NCBI GenBank assembly: GCA_963837815.1
Contig: CAWIOS010000015.1
Coordinates: 2,774 to 66,773, forward strand
DNA from: Ignavibacteriota bacterium
Lineage (GTDB): Bacteria > Bacteroidota > Ignavibacteria > UBA10030 > UBA6906
Length of the DNA: 64,000 bases
Direction: 5' to 3'
This document shows, piece after piece, positions 38,835-47,936 of this stretch (position 1 is its first letter; the number at the start of each line of letters is the position of its first letter). The notes below the pieces were generated by a model. The model was not told where the DNA came from. It made no database searches and worked only from the letters and a program-made list of their open reading frames with translations. The position numbers and the translations under genes were made by a program.

Positions 38835-39719
38835 ATGCGTCACTGCAGGCTTCCTCTCTTTGCTGCGCTTGCCCCGATCCTGTTCCTTCACGCCGGACTC
38901 CACGCCCAGATCAGCGTCGTGGATGACCTCCAGCGGACGGTGACACTCTCCCGGCCGGCACAGAGGATCGTCTCTCTCGCCCCGAGCATCACGGAGTGCC
39001 TGTTCGCCGTCGGGGCCGGAGACCGGATACGGGGGGTGACGGATTTCTGCAATTATCCCCCGGAGGCCGCGCACAGGAGGCACGTCGGAGGGATGATTAA
39101 CCCGAGCATCGAGACCGTCGTCGGGCTTGAGCCGGATCTCGTTGTCCTGAGCATGGAGGGAAACGTCCGGGAAGACTTCCGGCGCCTGATGTCGTTCGGC
39201 ATCCCGGTGTTCGTGAGCAATCCCCGCACGCTGGGGGGGATCTACCGCTCCCTCCGGCTCCTGGGAACGCTCGCGGGGACGGAAGACAGCGCTGCCCGCC
39301 TCGTGGCGCGGCTCGAAGCACGGGAGCGTGCCGTCCGGAGCGCCGCCGCGGGGAAACCCCCGGTGCGGGTCCTCCTTTTCGTGTCGCTGCAACCCCTCAT
39401 GTGTGCGGGGAGCAATACGTTCATTGACGGGCTCCTCGACGACGCCGGCGGAACGAATCTCGCTTCCCGTGCCCGCGGGACGTATCCGTCATACAGCCGC
39501 GAGAACGTGATCGCGGATGATCCGCAGGTGATCATCGGGACGTCAGACATTCTCCCCTCCGGGCCCACACTGCGGGGAATGTTCCCGGAATGGACGACGG
39601 TCGACGCCGTCCGGAACGGACGCGTGTTTCCCATCGACGCGGATCTTGTCTCCCGGCCCGGTCCCCGGGCTCTTGACGCTCTGGAAAAGCTCTTTCACCT
39701 CCTCCACTCCTCACAATGA
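38835..39719 (+). CDS. Periplasmic binding protein of the cobalamin/Fe3+-siderophore ABC-transporter class (BtuF-like)
   Basis: Signal peptide; ...RIVSLAPSITECLFAVGAGDRIRGVTDFCNYP... and ...ETVVGLEPDLVVL... characteristic of class III PBPs. Confidence 0.85.
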   Translation: MRHCRLPLFAALAPILFLHAGLHAQISVVDDLQRTVTLSRPAQRIVSLAPSITECLFAVGAGDRIRGVTDFCNYPPEAAHRRHVGGMINPSIETVVGLEPDLVVLSMEGNVREDFRRLMSFGIPVFVSNPRTLGGIYRSLRLLGTLAGTEDSAARLVARLEARERAVRSAAAGKPPVRVLLFVSLQPLMCAGSNTFIDGLLDDAGGTNLASRARGTYPSYSRENVIADDPQVIIGTSDILPSGPTLRGMFPEWTTVDAVRNGRVFPIDADLVSRPGPRALDALEKLFHLLHSSQ

Positions 39720-40408
39720 AAAAACCAACACGTGCACACCGGCCGACTCCGCGGCGCACCGCTGCACACCGCAGGCCCGGTGTGGAACCCGTCGGGAAGA
39801 AATACTTCATCGCCGTCGCAGGCAATATCGGGTCGGGGAAGTCGTCGCTCACGGGGATTCTCAGCGCACGTTTCGGCTGGAAACCCTATTTCGAGTCGGT
39901 GGAAGACAACCCGTACCTGACCGATTTCTACGCCGACATGAAGCGGTGGTCATTTAACCTCCAGGTCTATTTCCTTTCGAACAGGTTTCGAAGCCACAAG
40001 GCGATCACGGAAGGACCTGAATCCGTGATACTGGACCGGGCCATTTACGAAGACGCGGAGATATTCGCCCGCAATCTCTTCGAAATAGGGAACATGGAGA
40101 AGAGGGATTACGAGAATTACGTCGCCCTCTACGAGGTGATGACCGCCTACCTGCGACCGCCCGACCTCCTGATTTACCTCCGCGCAAACGTGGATACGCT
40201 CGTCAGGCAGATCGCGCTACGGGGGAGGGACTTCGAACAGACGATCCGGAGAGAGTACCTCGAGCAGCTGAACCGGCACTACGAGTCGTGGATCGAGCGG
40301 TACAGGAGAGGACCTCTTCTCGTCATCGAGTCCGATGCCGTGGACTTTGTGAACAGGAAGGAAGATTTGGAGAAGGTTGTCGGGACGATAGGGAAGACGC
40401 TGGGATGA
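39716..40408 (+). CDS. Deoxynucleoside kinase (dAK/dGK/dCK family)
   Basis: P-loop IAVAGNIGSGKSSL, then ...YFESVEDNPYL..., DRAIYEDAEIFARNLFEIG (ERS/DR motif region). ATGA overlap with the upstream PBP gene. Confidence 0.85.
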   Translation: MKKPTRAHRPTPRRTAAHRRPGVEPVGKKYFIAVAGNIGSGKSSLTGILSARFGWKPYFESVEDNPYLTDFYADMKRWSFNLQVYFLSNRFRSHKAITEGPESVILDRAIYEDAEIFARNLFEIGNMEKRDYENYVALYEVMTAYLRPPDLLIYLRANVDTLVRQIALRGRDFEQTIRREYLEQLNRHYESWIERYRRGPLLVIESDAVDFVNRKEDLEKVVGTIGKTLG

Positions 40409-40447
40409 AAAGCGTAACATAAGGGGGCAGGCGGGATATCTTTCCGT

Positions 40448-41251
40448 TCACAGGAAGAACATACGGAGCATGACGACAAGAAGGAGGACGCCGACCGCGT
40501 TCCGCACGGTGGCGACGTCGGCCTTCACTGCCATGCGGGTTCCGAGCATTCCCCCGGGAATCGTACCCAGCACGAGCGGGATCGCCGGCCGCCAGTCGAT
40601 GAATCCCGGAATCTCCGCGGGAAGAAATACGTTCCCCCACCCCCTGATGAGATACACAACCGCACCCGCCGCCGCGGTTAGGACCACCGCCGCATTCGCT
40701 GTGCCGATCGCCTTCCTGAGGGGGAAGTGAAGAGAACCAGACATGAGCGGCACCGCCAGGAGTGTCCCGCCGATCCCGGAAAGTGACGAGACGAGCCCGA
40801 CCGCGAGACCGATGCCGCCGAGCGGCCGGAGCGCGAGCCGGGGCTCAAGTTCCTTCCCCTGTTTTCTCTTTCCGGAAAAGAGCCGCACGGCCGCGACAAG
40901 AAGAACGAAACCGAATATCGCCCTGAGAGAGGGACCTTCGAGCCCGGAAGCAATGCACCCCCCGACGGTGGCCCCCAGTATCCCCCCCGGAATGACGTAG
41001 AACGCCCCCTGCCAGATCACGTGACTTGCCCGCCATTCTTCCCGGGTCCTGAACGCCGCGCCGAACGCAAGGACGAGGAGGCTCGTCCCGATCGCCACGT
41101 GCGTGGCGACAAGGGACGAGACCCCGGTGGAATGAAGATAATAGAGGAGGACGGGGACAACCACGATCCCGCCTCCCGCATCGAACACGCCGGCGAGAAA
41201 CCCCTCGGTCAGCCCTGCAAGCACGAGGAGGACTGCGGCAAGTATCTCCAT
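40448..41251 (-). CDS. TSUP-family membrane transporter (TauE/SafE sulfite exporter-like)
   Basis: Two repeats of 4-TM units with Gly-rich GGG/PLL motifs (AGVFDAGGGIVVVPVLLY, SLSGIGGTLLAVPLM). Confidence 0.85.
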   Translation of the reverse strand: MEILAAVLLVLAGLTEGFLAGVFDAGGGIVVVPVLLYYLHSTGVSSLVATHVAIGTSLLVLAFGAAFRTREEWRASHVIWQGAFYVIPGGILGATVGGCIASGLEGPSLRAIFGFVLLVAAVRLFSGKRKQGKELEPRLALRPLGGIGLAVGLVSSLSGIGGTLLAVPLMSGSLHFPLRKAIGTANAAVVLTAAAGAVVYLIRGWGNVFLPAEIPGFIDWRPAIPLVLGTIPGGMLGTRMAVKADVATVRNAVGVLLLVVMLRMFFL

Positions 41252-42927
41252 CAGAGCCCGAGTTTTTTCGTGTACGTTTTCCGGTCCTTCACAAGCCCTT
41301 CGGCGGCAAGGAGCGGACGATCGTCCGTGAGCGACGCCTCGATCCTCCCGTGGTCCCCCTTCAGGCGCGCCATGATCTCGATGTTCAGCTCGTATGTGAT
41401 GTGGTCGCTGTAGCGCTCAAACCCGCGCGTCTTTTCCTTCTGGAGCGTGAGCTCAAGCCGATCGAGCGTTTCGGAGACGTCCTTCGTGTAGTGCGACCGC
41501 TCGGCAACCTGCCGGAGATCGCTGATCTTCCCCTCCATCTCTTCCTGGTAGTCGAACTTCTCCCTGTCAAGGAACGCACGGAACGCGGAGAGTATCGGTC
41601 CGTCCACGCCGTTGATTGTATCTCCTTTGTGTTCCGAGACGTAGCTGTTCGCAAATTTGAAGAAGAGCGCCCGTTTCATGATCTCGCGCACCATCGGGCC
41701 CTCGTCTTCATCCGTGACGACGGAGTCCGGCGAGATCCCCCCGTACTCGAATTCTTTCCGCCCTCGCGAAGTCTTGAATTCCCGCCTCAGGCTGTCTGGC
41801 ACCGTGGCAAATATCCCGTTCTTGTCCCTGTGCCGGTAATCGATCTCCTGAATGCTCCGGCCGCTCGGGATATAATAACGGGCGGTCGTGATTTTAAGCT
41901 GCGCACCGAAATTCAGCGGGAGGATCGTCTGGACAAGTCCCTTGCCGAACGTTCTCGTGCCGACGATGAGCGCGCGGTCGAGATCCTGCAGCGCCCCCGC
42001 AACGATCTCGCTGGCGCTCGCGCTCCCCCGGTCCGTCAGGACGACGAGCGGGGTCGACGGGAGGAGGGGATCTTCCGTGGAGAGATACGTCTTGTCCGAT
42101 TCGGGCTTCCGCCCTTTCGTTGTGACGATGAGGCTCCCCCGCGGCACGAACTTGCTGACGACCTCGACCGCCGCGTCGAGAAGTCCGCCGGGATTCCCGC
42201 GAAGGTCAAGGACGAGTCCCCTGAGCTCCCCCTTGAGTTTCATCTCGGTGATCGCCTCCCGCACCTCCTCTCCCGCCCTCCGGGAGAACCGTTCGAGCCG
42301 TATGTACCCGATCCCGTCTCCTACGAAGCCGGAGTAGGTGACGTTCTTGACCTGTATCTCTTCCCGGATGAGGACGAATTCCATCGGCTTCTTTACGCCG
42401 TCACGTTCTATGACGACCTTGACTTCCGTACCGGGTTCCCCACGCGTAAGACTCCGCACCTCGTCCGGCTTTTTCGACCCGACGGTCACCCCCCCCACTT
42501 CGATGAGCACGTCACCGGGGATGATGCCCGCCCGCTGGGCCGAGTATCCGTCCATGACGGTGATGACTTTGAGCGCGCCGTCGCGCGCGCCGATCGTCAC
42601 CCCGATGCCGCCGTATTTGCCGGTCGTGAGAAGATCGACCTCGTCCCCCTCTTCCTTGTCGATGTACACCGTATAGGGATCAAGCGTCCCGAGCATGCCG
42701 TCGATCCCCGCCTGCATGAATTTTTCCGGGTCGATCTCATCGACGTAGTTGACGGTGATTTCCCTGTAGACGCGTCCGAACACGTCGATGCTTTTGTTGA
42801 TCTTGAGATAGAGATCCGTGTCCGGGAGCAGCATGAAGCCCCCGCAGAGAAGCAGCACCCCGAGCGCCGCCGCCGAAAGCCACTTTCCCCGTCCCGCCAT
42901 GTTCCACCGTACATTCATCTTCTTCAC
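41251..42927 (-). CDS. Carboxyl-terminal processing protease (S41, CtpA/Prc family) with a PDZ domain
   Basis: PDZ (GIIPGDVLIEVGG), catalytic TDRGSASASEIVAGALQD...TFGKGLVQT (Ser/Lys dyad region); signal/TM N-terminus. Confidence 0.9.
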   Translation of the reverse strand: MKKMNVRWNMAGRGKWLSAAALGVLLLCGGFMLLPDTDLYLKINKSIDVFGRVYREITVNYVDEIDPEKFMQAGIDGMLGTLDPYTVYIDKEEGDEVDLLTTGKYGGIGVTIGARDGALKVITVMDGYSAQRAGIIPGDVLIEVGGVTVGSKKPDEVRSLTRGEPGTEVKVVIERDGVKKPMEFVLIREEIQVKNVTYSGFVGDGIGYIRLERFSRRAGEEVREAITEMKLKGELRGLVLDLRGNPGGLLDAAVEVVSKFVPRGSLIVTTKGRKPESDKTYLSTEDPLLPSTPLVVLTDRGSASASEIVAGALQDLDRALIVGTRTFGKGLVQTILPLNFGAQLKITTARYYIPSGRSIQEIDYRHRDKNGIFATVPDSLRREFKTSRGRKEFEYGGISPDSVVTDEDEGPMVREIMKRALFFKFANSYVSEHKGDTINGVDGPILSAFRAFLDREKFDYQEEMEGKISDLRQVAERSHYTKDVSETLDRLELTLQKEKTRGFERYSDHITYELNIEIMARLKGDHGRIEASLTDDRPLLAAEGLVKDRKTYTKKLGL

Positions 42928-43562
42928 CCCGCCTCCCGTTGTGTTAGCCCTTGCCGTTGTTCCACCGCCCGCCGGATATCCCGCGCGATGTCGTTGACAC
43001 CGCGCATGCCGTCGACGACGACGAATCTGCCCGGATGTTCGCGTGCGATCGCCAGGTACCCGCCGCGCACGCGTTCGTAGAATTCCCTTCCCGCGTTCTC
43101 CATCCTGTCCATCGCTCCCCCCGCCGCCTTTTTTCTCGCCTCGATTTCGCCGACCGTGATGTCCACGAGCACGGTGATGTCGGGTTCGGTCCCCGCCGTC
43201 GCCACGGCATTGATCCTGCGGACCGCATCGAGATCGAGACCGCGTCCGTATCCCTGGTACGCCGTCGTCGAATCCGCAAACCGGTCACACACGACGATCT
43301 CCCCGCGGGCCAGCGCCGGCACGATCACCTGGGAGACGAGCTGCGCGCGGCTTGCCGAGAAGAGAAACAGCTCCGTGAGCTCCGACAGTTCAAAATTGTT
43401 CCTGTCGAGGAGGATCTCACGGAGCCGTTCGGATATCGCGGTCCCGCCGGGCTCACGGATGAAATGAACGGGGACGCCACCCCGCGCGCGCAGGGATTCG
43501 ACGAGAAGTGCGGCCTGCGTTGTTTTGCCGCTCGAGTCGACTCCCTCAAATGTCATGAACAT
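42924..43562 (-). CDS. tmk: Thymidylate kinase
   Basis: MFMTFEGVDSSGKTTQ P-loop, DRF motif (VVCDRFADST), lid region. Confidence 0.9.
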   Translation of the reverse strand: MFMTFEGVDSSGKTTQAALLVESLRARGGVPVHFIREPGGTAISERLREILLDRNNFELSELTELFLFSASRAQLVSQVIVPALARGEIVVCDRFADSTTAYQGYGRGLDLDAVRRINAVATAGTEPDITVLVDITVGEIEARKKAAGGAMDRMENAGREFYERVRGGYLAIAREHPGRFVVVDGMRGVNDIARDIRRAVEQRQGLTQREAG

Positions 43563-43608
43563 TATGCAACATAGCTATTTTCACATCCCGAATCAACTTT
43601 GCCCCGCC

Positions 43609-43646
43609 CGATCCCGGCGCCTGCAGCGCCGCAGGCGCCGGGATCG
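43609..43646. promoter_or_regulatory. 38-bp perfect palindrome (16-bp arms, 6-nt centre) in the divergent tmk / ECF-sigma intergenic region
   Basis: CGATCCCGGCGCCTGC-AGCGCC-GCAGGCGCCGGGATCG, followed on the plus strand by TTGTTGTCTTG. It lies 46 nt upstream of the sigma-factor ATG and 47 nt upstream (minus sense) of the tmk ATG. Confidence 0.4.
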
Positions 43647-43691
43647 TTGTTGTCTTGATAGTAACGCACTGTTTCTGTAGATTTCCTCTCC

Positions 43692-44342
43692 ATGTCCACT
43701 CCAACACGGCCACATAAGGCTCCCCGCCCAAAATCATCCCCTTCCCCCCTCCAGCACAAGCTCGATTCCCGTTCTGAGGATTCCACGATTATCGCCGATG
43801 CCCTTGCGGGGCAGGACAGGGCCTACCAGCGTCTGATGAATAAGTACCACGACGCGATTTTCAATTTCATCTACAGGATGGTGCGGGATCGGGAGCAGGT
43901 CGAGGACCTGACGCAGGAGGCCTTCATCAAGGCGTTCGCATCGTTGAAGAGCTTCAACGAGGAATACGCCTTTTCGACGTGGCTGTACAAGATTGCAACG
44001 AACAACAGCATCGATTACATCCGGAAGAAGAAACTCCAGATGTTCTCCATCGACAAGCCGATCGAGTCGAAGGACAGCGATTTTACGTTCGAGCTGCCGG
44101 ACGATTCGTACGAGGCGGACCGGGAGCTCATCAGCGACCAGCGGACGGTCATGTTGAACGATGCGATCAATCAGCTCCCTGAGAAATACAGGCTTGTGAT
44201 CCGGCTCAGGCACGTTGAAGAACGGAGCTACGAGGAGATCGCGAAGATGCTGAAACTCCCCATCGGGACTGTAAAGGCCCATATTTTCCGTGCCCGCGAG
44301 CTCCTGTACAAACACCTGAGAGGGAAGATCCGGCACTACTGA
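43692..44342 (+). CDS. RNA polymerase sigma-70 family, ECF subfamily sigma factor
   Basis: Region 2 (DLTQEAFIKAFASLKSFNEEYAFSTWLYKIATNNSIDYIRKK) and region 4 (ERSYEEIAKMLKLPIGTVKAHIFRARELL). A roughly 30-aa Pro/Ser/Lys-rich N-terminal extension. Confidence 0.9.
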   Translation: MSTPTRPHKAPRPKSSPSPLQHKLDSRSEDSTIIADALAGQDRAYQRLMNKYHDAIFNFIYRMVRDREQVEDLTQEAFIKAFASLKSFNEEYAFSTWLYKIATNNSIDYIRKKKLQMFSIDKPIESKDSDFTFELPDDSYEADRELISDQRTVMLNDAINQLPEKYRLVIRLRHVEERSYEEIAKMLKLPIGTVKAHIFRARELLYKHLRGKIRHY

Positions 44343-44399
44343 CTCGCCGCAACTCCCGCGCCATTTTTTCGTACACTCCGGTAGAGGTCAGAGATCGGC

Positions 44400-45287
44400 A
44401 TGAACGGGCTCCGCACATTCATAGGATCTGCAGGACTGGCGGTCGCGCTCGCAACCTCGTCGCAGTGTGCCCCTCCCCAGGAGACCGGCACCAGCCGGGA
44501 GGTGGGAAGGACGACCGAAAAGGAGCTGAAGGTGACACTTACGTCATCGTTCGGTTCGGTCCTCATTTCACGGGGAAAACCGGAGAAGATCCTGACGATC
44601 GAGAGCGCCTCCGAGAAAAACGGCGACTCCAAGATTGACATGGATTACGCGATACGGAACCGCGTGGGCTTTATGGATCTTTCCCTGGGCGAAGGGAGCC
44701 ACGAGAACAACGGCAGGAGGGGCGGATTCCATCTCTCGAGTTTCGAGGGGGGGAAGTGGTTTCTCAAGTTCAGCGACGCCGTGCCGATCTCTTTTGACAT
44801 CGAGCTCGGCGTCGGGAAGGGCGATTTCGATCTGACCGGACTCCAGGTGAAGGATTTCAACCTCTCGACCGGCGCCAGCGATGTATCGCTTGCGTTCGAC
44901 GAGCCCAACCGGGGATCGATCGAGAACCTGAGCATCGAATCGGGCGTGAGCAAGTTCGACGGGCGCAACCTCTGCAACGCCAACTTCAAACGCTTTCACT
45001 TCCAGGGAGGAGTGGGCTCGTACACGCTCGATTTCGGCGGGCCGCTTGCCTCGGAGGTTGACGTTGACATCGAGGTGGGGCTGGGGGTTCTTACGGTGTA
45101 CCTTCCCCGCGACATCGGGGCGCGCGTGACGTACGATAAGACGTGGGCGTCGAAGGTCGATACCCCGGACGATTTCCGCGAGACGGCGGATAACGCGTAT
45201 ACGAGCGGGAACTACTATTCCGCTTCGGGAAAGATGAACATCAGAATCGATTCCGGACTCGGAAGCGTGAAGATCCGCCGCCGCTGA
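44400..45287 (+). CDS. Secreted repetitive beta-strand protein (DUF4097/LiaG-like 'putative adhesin' fold suspected)
   Basis: Signal peptide MNGLRTFIGSAGLAVALATSSQC. Repeated short G-x-S/D-x beta-strand units (GASDVSLAFD, GSIENLSIESGVSKFDG, GLGSVKIRR). Lies 57 nt downstream of the ECF sigma gene, where such proteins commonly sit. The antisense ORF 44568..45347 is rejected. Confidence 0.5.
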   Translation: MNGLRTFIGSAGLAVALATSSQCAPPQETGTSREVGRTTEKELKVTLTSSFGSVLISRGKPEKILTIESASEKNGDSKIDMDYAIRNRVGFMDLSLGEGSHENNGRRGGFHLSSFEGGKWFLKFSDAVPISFDIELGVGKGDFDLTGLQVKDFNLSTGASDVSLAFDEPNRGSIENLSIESGVSKFDGRNLCNANFKRFHFQGGVGSYTLDFGGPLASEVDVDIEVGLGVLTVYLPRDIGARVTYDKTWASKVDTPDDFRETADNAYTSGNYYSASGKMNIRIDSGLGSVKIRRR

Positions 45288-45316
45288 GCCCTGCCTTCCC
45301 TTTACCGCTCCCCCCG

Positions 45317-47932
45317 TCATCGTTCCCAGAGGAAAAATGGCGCCCATGCGTGCGGCGCCGCGAATTCCCCCGTCCCGATCATCTCCAGCTGCGCCTTCCG
45401 GTAGGCGGTGCGCACGTCCGCCCCGGCCAGAAGCGCTGTGTACAGTATCTCCCCGAAGATCTTTTTCGCCTTGCGGGACGGCACGGTCGAAGTGAATACC
45501 ACCTCCTGCGTCCCGTTCGCCAGGAATAGGTACGGTTCGGACGGCCTGATCCCCAGCCGGTGATCATCCAGGTCTGACACGACGACGGCGGGGACGCGGG
45601 GAAGGGAGAGCAACTCCCCCAGCGGTATCTTCTTGGTGGATTCGGCGGACTCTCCGTCCGAAAGAACGATGCTGGAGTTCCCCGGACGAGGGTCATTGAA
45701 CTGGAACTGGACTGCAATGTGGAGAAGGTCTTCATCCTCTTTCTGGAGCGTCGCGAGCGACGCCTGCTGGCCGAAATAGAGCCGGACATCCTTGTAAAAC
45801 GCCCTGATGTCCCTCAGCTCGTATTCGACGTCCCATGATGTTCCCCCGGGACAGCCGAGCGCCACGACATCCTTGACCTGCACGCCTCCCGTGCGCGGGA
45901 GGAGAAGCGCGCTCGCGGAGGAAAGGTAGCTGACAGCGTGCTGCTCCGCCACGAATCCTCCCGACCGCTGGAGGGGACGCGAGAGCGCGTGCAGCGGGAG
46001 ACCCGCGGCCTCCCCGGGGAGGACGACGAGAAGATCCGGCAGCCCGGCGATTGCCGATTCGATAGGCTGTATGAACGCTTCGTACAGCGACGCGTTCAGC
46101 TCGCGCACCCGGACGTCGATCGCCGATTGCTGACGTTCGGTGGAATCAGCGTAGGTCTCGCGAAGGCGGAGAAGATCGACAAATTCCTTCGAGAGATCGA
46201 ACACCCTGTCCTTCTCGTATGCCGCGACATACACGCCGGAGCGCGCCGCCGTGACGACGAAGGCATAGAGCGAACGGCGTGTTACGACATGCTCGATGAG
46301 CGCCGTCCCCTGGGGAAGTTTCTTCTGGATTTCGGTGAGTCCCGCGCTCGCAACGCGCACGAAGGGCTCAAACGCCGCGTTGTTCCTGACGACAGATTCG
46401 GCCGCCTCGTTCATGGCGGTGAACCACGTGTCACGTTCCGCAAGGGCGGCGGCTGCGAGATCCGTCCCTCTCCCCCCGGAGGCGGAAATCTCCATGCACC
46501 GTCGTTCCGCGCCAATTTCCCGGGCGCGCGCGTCCCGGCAGGCATCAAGGAGAGTCCGGAGCGTGTCGTTGCGGACCCGCGGGTCGAGTGCGCCGAGGAC
46601 GCCGTACAGTTCCCGGTTGTTCCGCCGGTCGGCATACCAGAACGCCTCATCGTACCTGCCGAGCTGAAGCAGGATGTCGATCGTCTCGTCGTACAGCGGA
46701 GTCCGGCGTGCGCCGAAATACGCCTGCTCGCATGAGAGCGTGATGTCGTCATCCGTCCGTGGTGCGGAGACGGCCTCGCTCTGCTCAATTCCCTTCTTGA
46801 AATACTGCAGTGCGTCCGTCGGCTGGTTGTTTCTGAGAAAGAGGTTCCCGACGCAGAGGAATGCGTACGCCGTCCCCGGGGGGAACCCCGCCGTCCGGAA
46901 GATTTCCATTCCCGCCCTGTAGCTCCGGAGGGCGGATTCCTTCGCGGATTCGATATCGCAGTTTCCCATCTGGAGCAGTATGTACCCTTCGGCGATCGCG
47001 TTCCCCGCGGCACGTGCCGAGAAGAGGGCCGCCTTGAAAAAACGGGTCCCCTCCGCAAACTGCCTCCCCCGGAGGTACAGGTTCCCCACGCGTATCAGGG
47101 CCTCCAGCCGGAGCGCCACGCCCCCACTCGTTCTGTCCGCACGCTTCAGGCATTCCGCGTAGTTTGTAAGCGCGTCGTGCATCCTCCCCGCGCCTTCGAA
47201 CGCCATCGCGAGCCGGAGGGCCGAGCGCACGGACAGGAGGGAATCGCGCGCTTGGTCCGCAAGCATGAGAGCGCGCAGGTAATCTTCCGCGGCCCTGTCG
47301 AAGGTACCGCGGAGAAACTTGCCGTCGCCCCAAGCAAGAAACACCGCGGCCTGGTGGCCGACGTCCCCGGCGGCGGTGTAGCCCTGCAGAAGCTCTCTGA
47401 TGATGTCCGCTTCCTCCTCTTTTTCATCAAGGGAGCGGACGCAGGGGAGCATCGCCCACTGTATGTCGCGGACCCCTTCGTCGTCGTGGAAGACGCGCGC
47501 AAGCCGGAGAGCCTCGACGTACATCGTGAACGCTTTCCGCTCTTCCCCCATGGTGCGGCGCAGCGCGGCGGCACGGAGTGTGATGTCGCGAACCCCGCTC
47601 CGGTCCGCCAGACCCTTGAAATCGTCCGAGGAGACGCCGTACCAGGAGAACGCGCTGTCGAATGACCCCCGCGCCGACTCGACGTCCCCGAGGAGCCGCG
47701 TTTCTTCCGCAACACGCGCCCTGCGGTTGAGCGTCTCATCAACCGGAAGGGCCGCGAGTATTTCTCGCTTCCCCGCGTTGAGATCGTTCCGCGCGATCGC
47801 GTCCTTCCCGGCGGTCAACGCGCTGTCAGCCCGCATTTCCTCCGGTGATTTCTGCGAGCTGCATCCCGCACACCCGAGCGCGGCGGCGATGAGCACGGCT
47901 GCCGGAAATACACGTAGTGATGTTCGGGACAT
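45317..47932 (-). CDS. Secreted/lipoprotein TPR-repeat protein with a C-terminal CHAT (caspase-like HetF-associated with TPRs) domain
   Basis: Trimmed to MSRTSLRVFPAAVLIAAALGCAGCSSQ (signal peptide with Cys). About 450 aa of TPR-like helical repeats. C-terminal ...LLHIAVQFQF...PAVVVSDLDDHRLG...AYRKAQLEMIG...APHAWAPFFLWER matches the CHAT layout. Confidence 0.75.
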   Translation of the reverse strand: MSRTSLRVFPAAVLIAAALGCAGCSSQKSPEEMRADSALTAGKDAIARNDLNAGKREILAALPVDETLNRRARVAEETRLLGDVESARGSFDSAFSWYGVSSDDFKGLADRSGVRDITLRAAALRRTMGEERKAFTMYVEALRLARVFHDDEGVRDIQWAMLPCVRSLDEKEEEADIIRELLQGYTAAGDVGHQAAVFLAWGDGKFLRGTFDRAAEDYLRALMLADQARDSLLSVRSALRLAMAFEGAGRMHDALTNYAECLKRADRTSGGVALRLEALIRVGNLYLRGRQFAEGTRFFKAALFSARAAGNAIAEGYILLQMGNCDIESAKESALRSYRAGMEIFRTAGFPPGTAYAFLCVGNLFLRNNQPTDALQYFKKGIEQSEAVSAPRTDDDITLSCEQAYFGARRTPLYDETIDILLQLGRYDEAFWYADRRNNRELYGVLGALDPRVRNDTLRTLLDACRDARAREIGAERRCMEISASGGRGTDLAAAALAERDTWFTAMNEAAESVVRNNAAFEPFVRVASAGLTEIQKKLPQGTALIEHVVTRRSLYAFVVTAARSGVYVAAYEKDRVFDLSKEFVDLLRLRETYADSTERQQSAIDVRVRELNASLYEAFIQPIESAIAGLPDLLVVLPGEAAGLPLHALSRPLQRSGGFVAEQHAVSYLSSASALLLPRTGGVQVKDVVALGCPGGTSWDVEYELRDIRAFYKDVRLYFGQQASLATLQKEDEDLLHIAVQFQFNDPRPGNSSIVLSDGESAESTKKIPLGELLSLPRVPAVVVSDLDDHRLGIRPSEPYLFLANGTQEVVFTSTVPSRKAKKIFGEILYTALLAGADVRTAYRKAQLEMIGTGEFAAPHAWAPFFLWER

Positions 47933-47936
47933 GGTG

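Noticed and set aside
44568-45347. Minus-strand ORF (259 aa) overlapping the DUF4097-like gene
   Set aside because: It is antisense to a plus-strand gene that has a signal peptide and sits in the expected post-sigma position. Its translation is Arg/Pro-rich with no motif.
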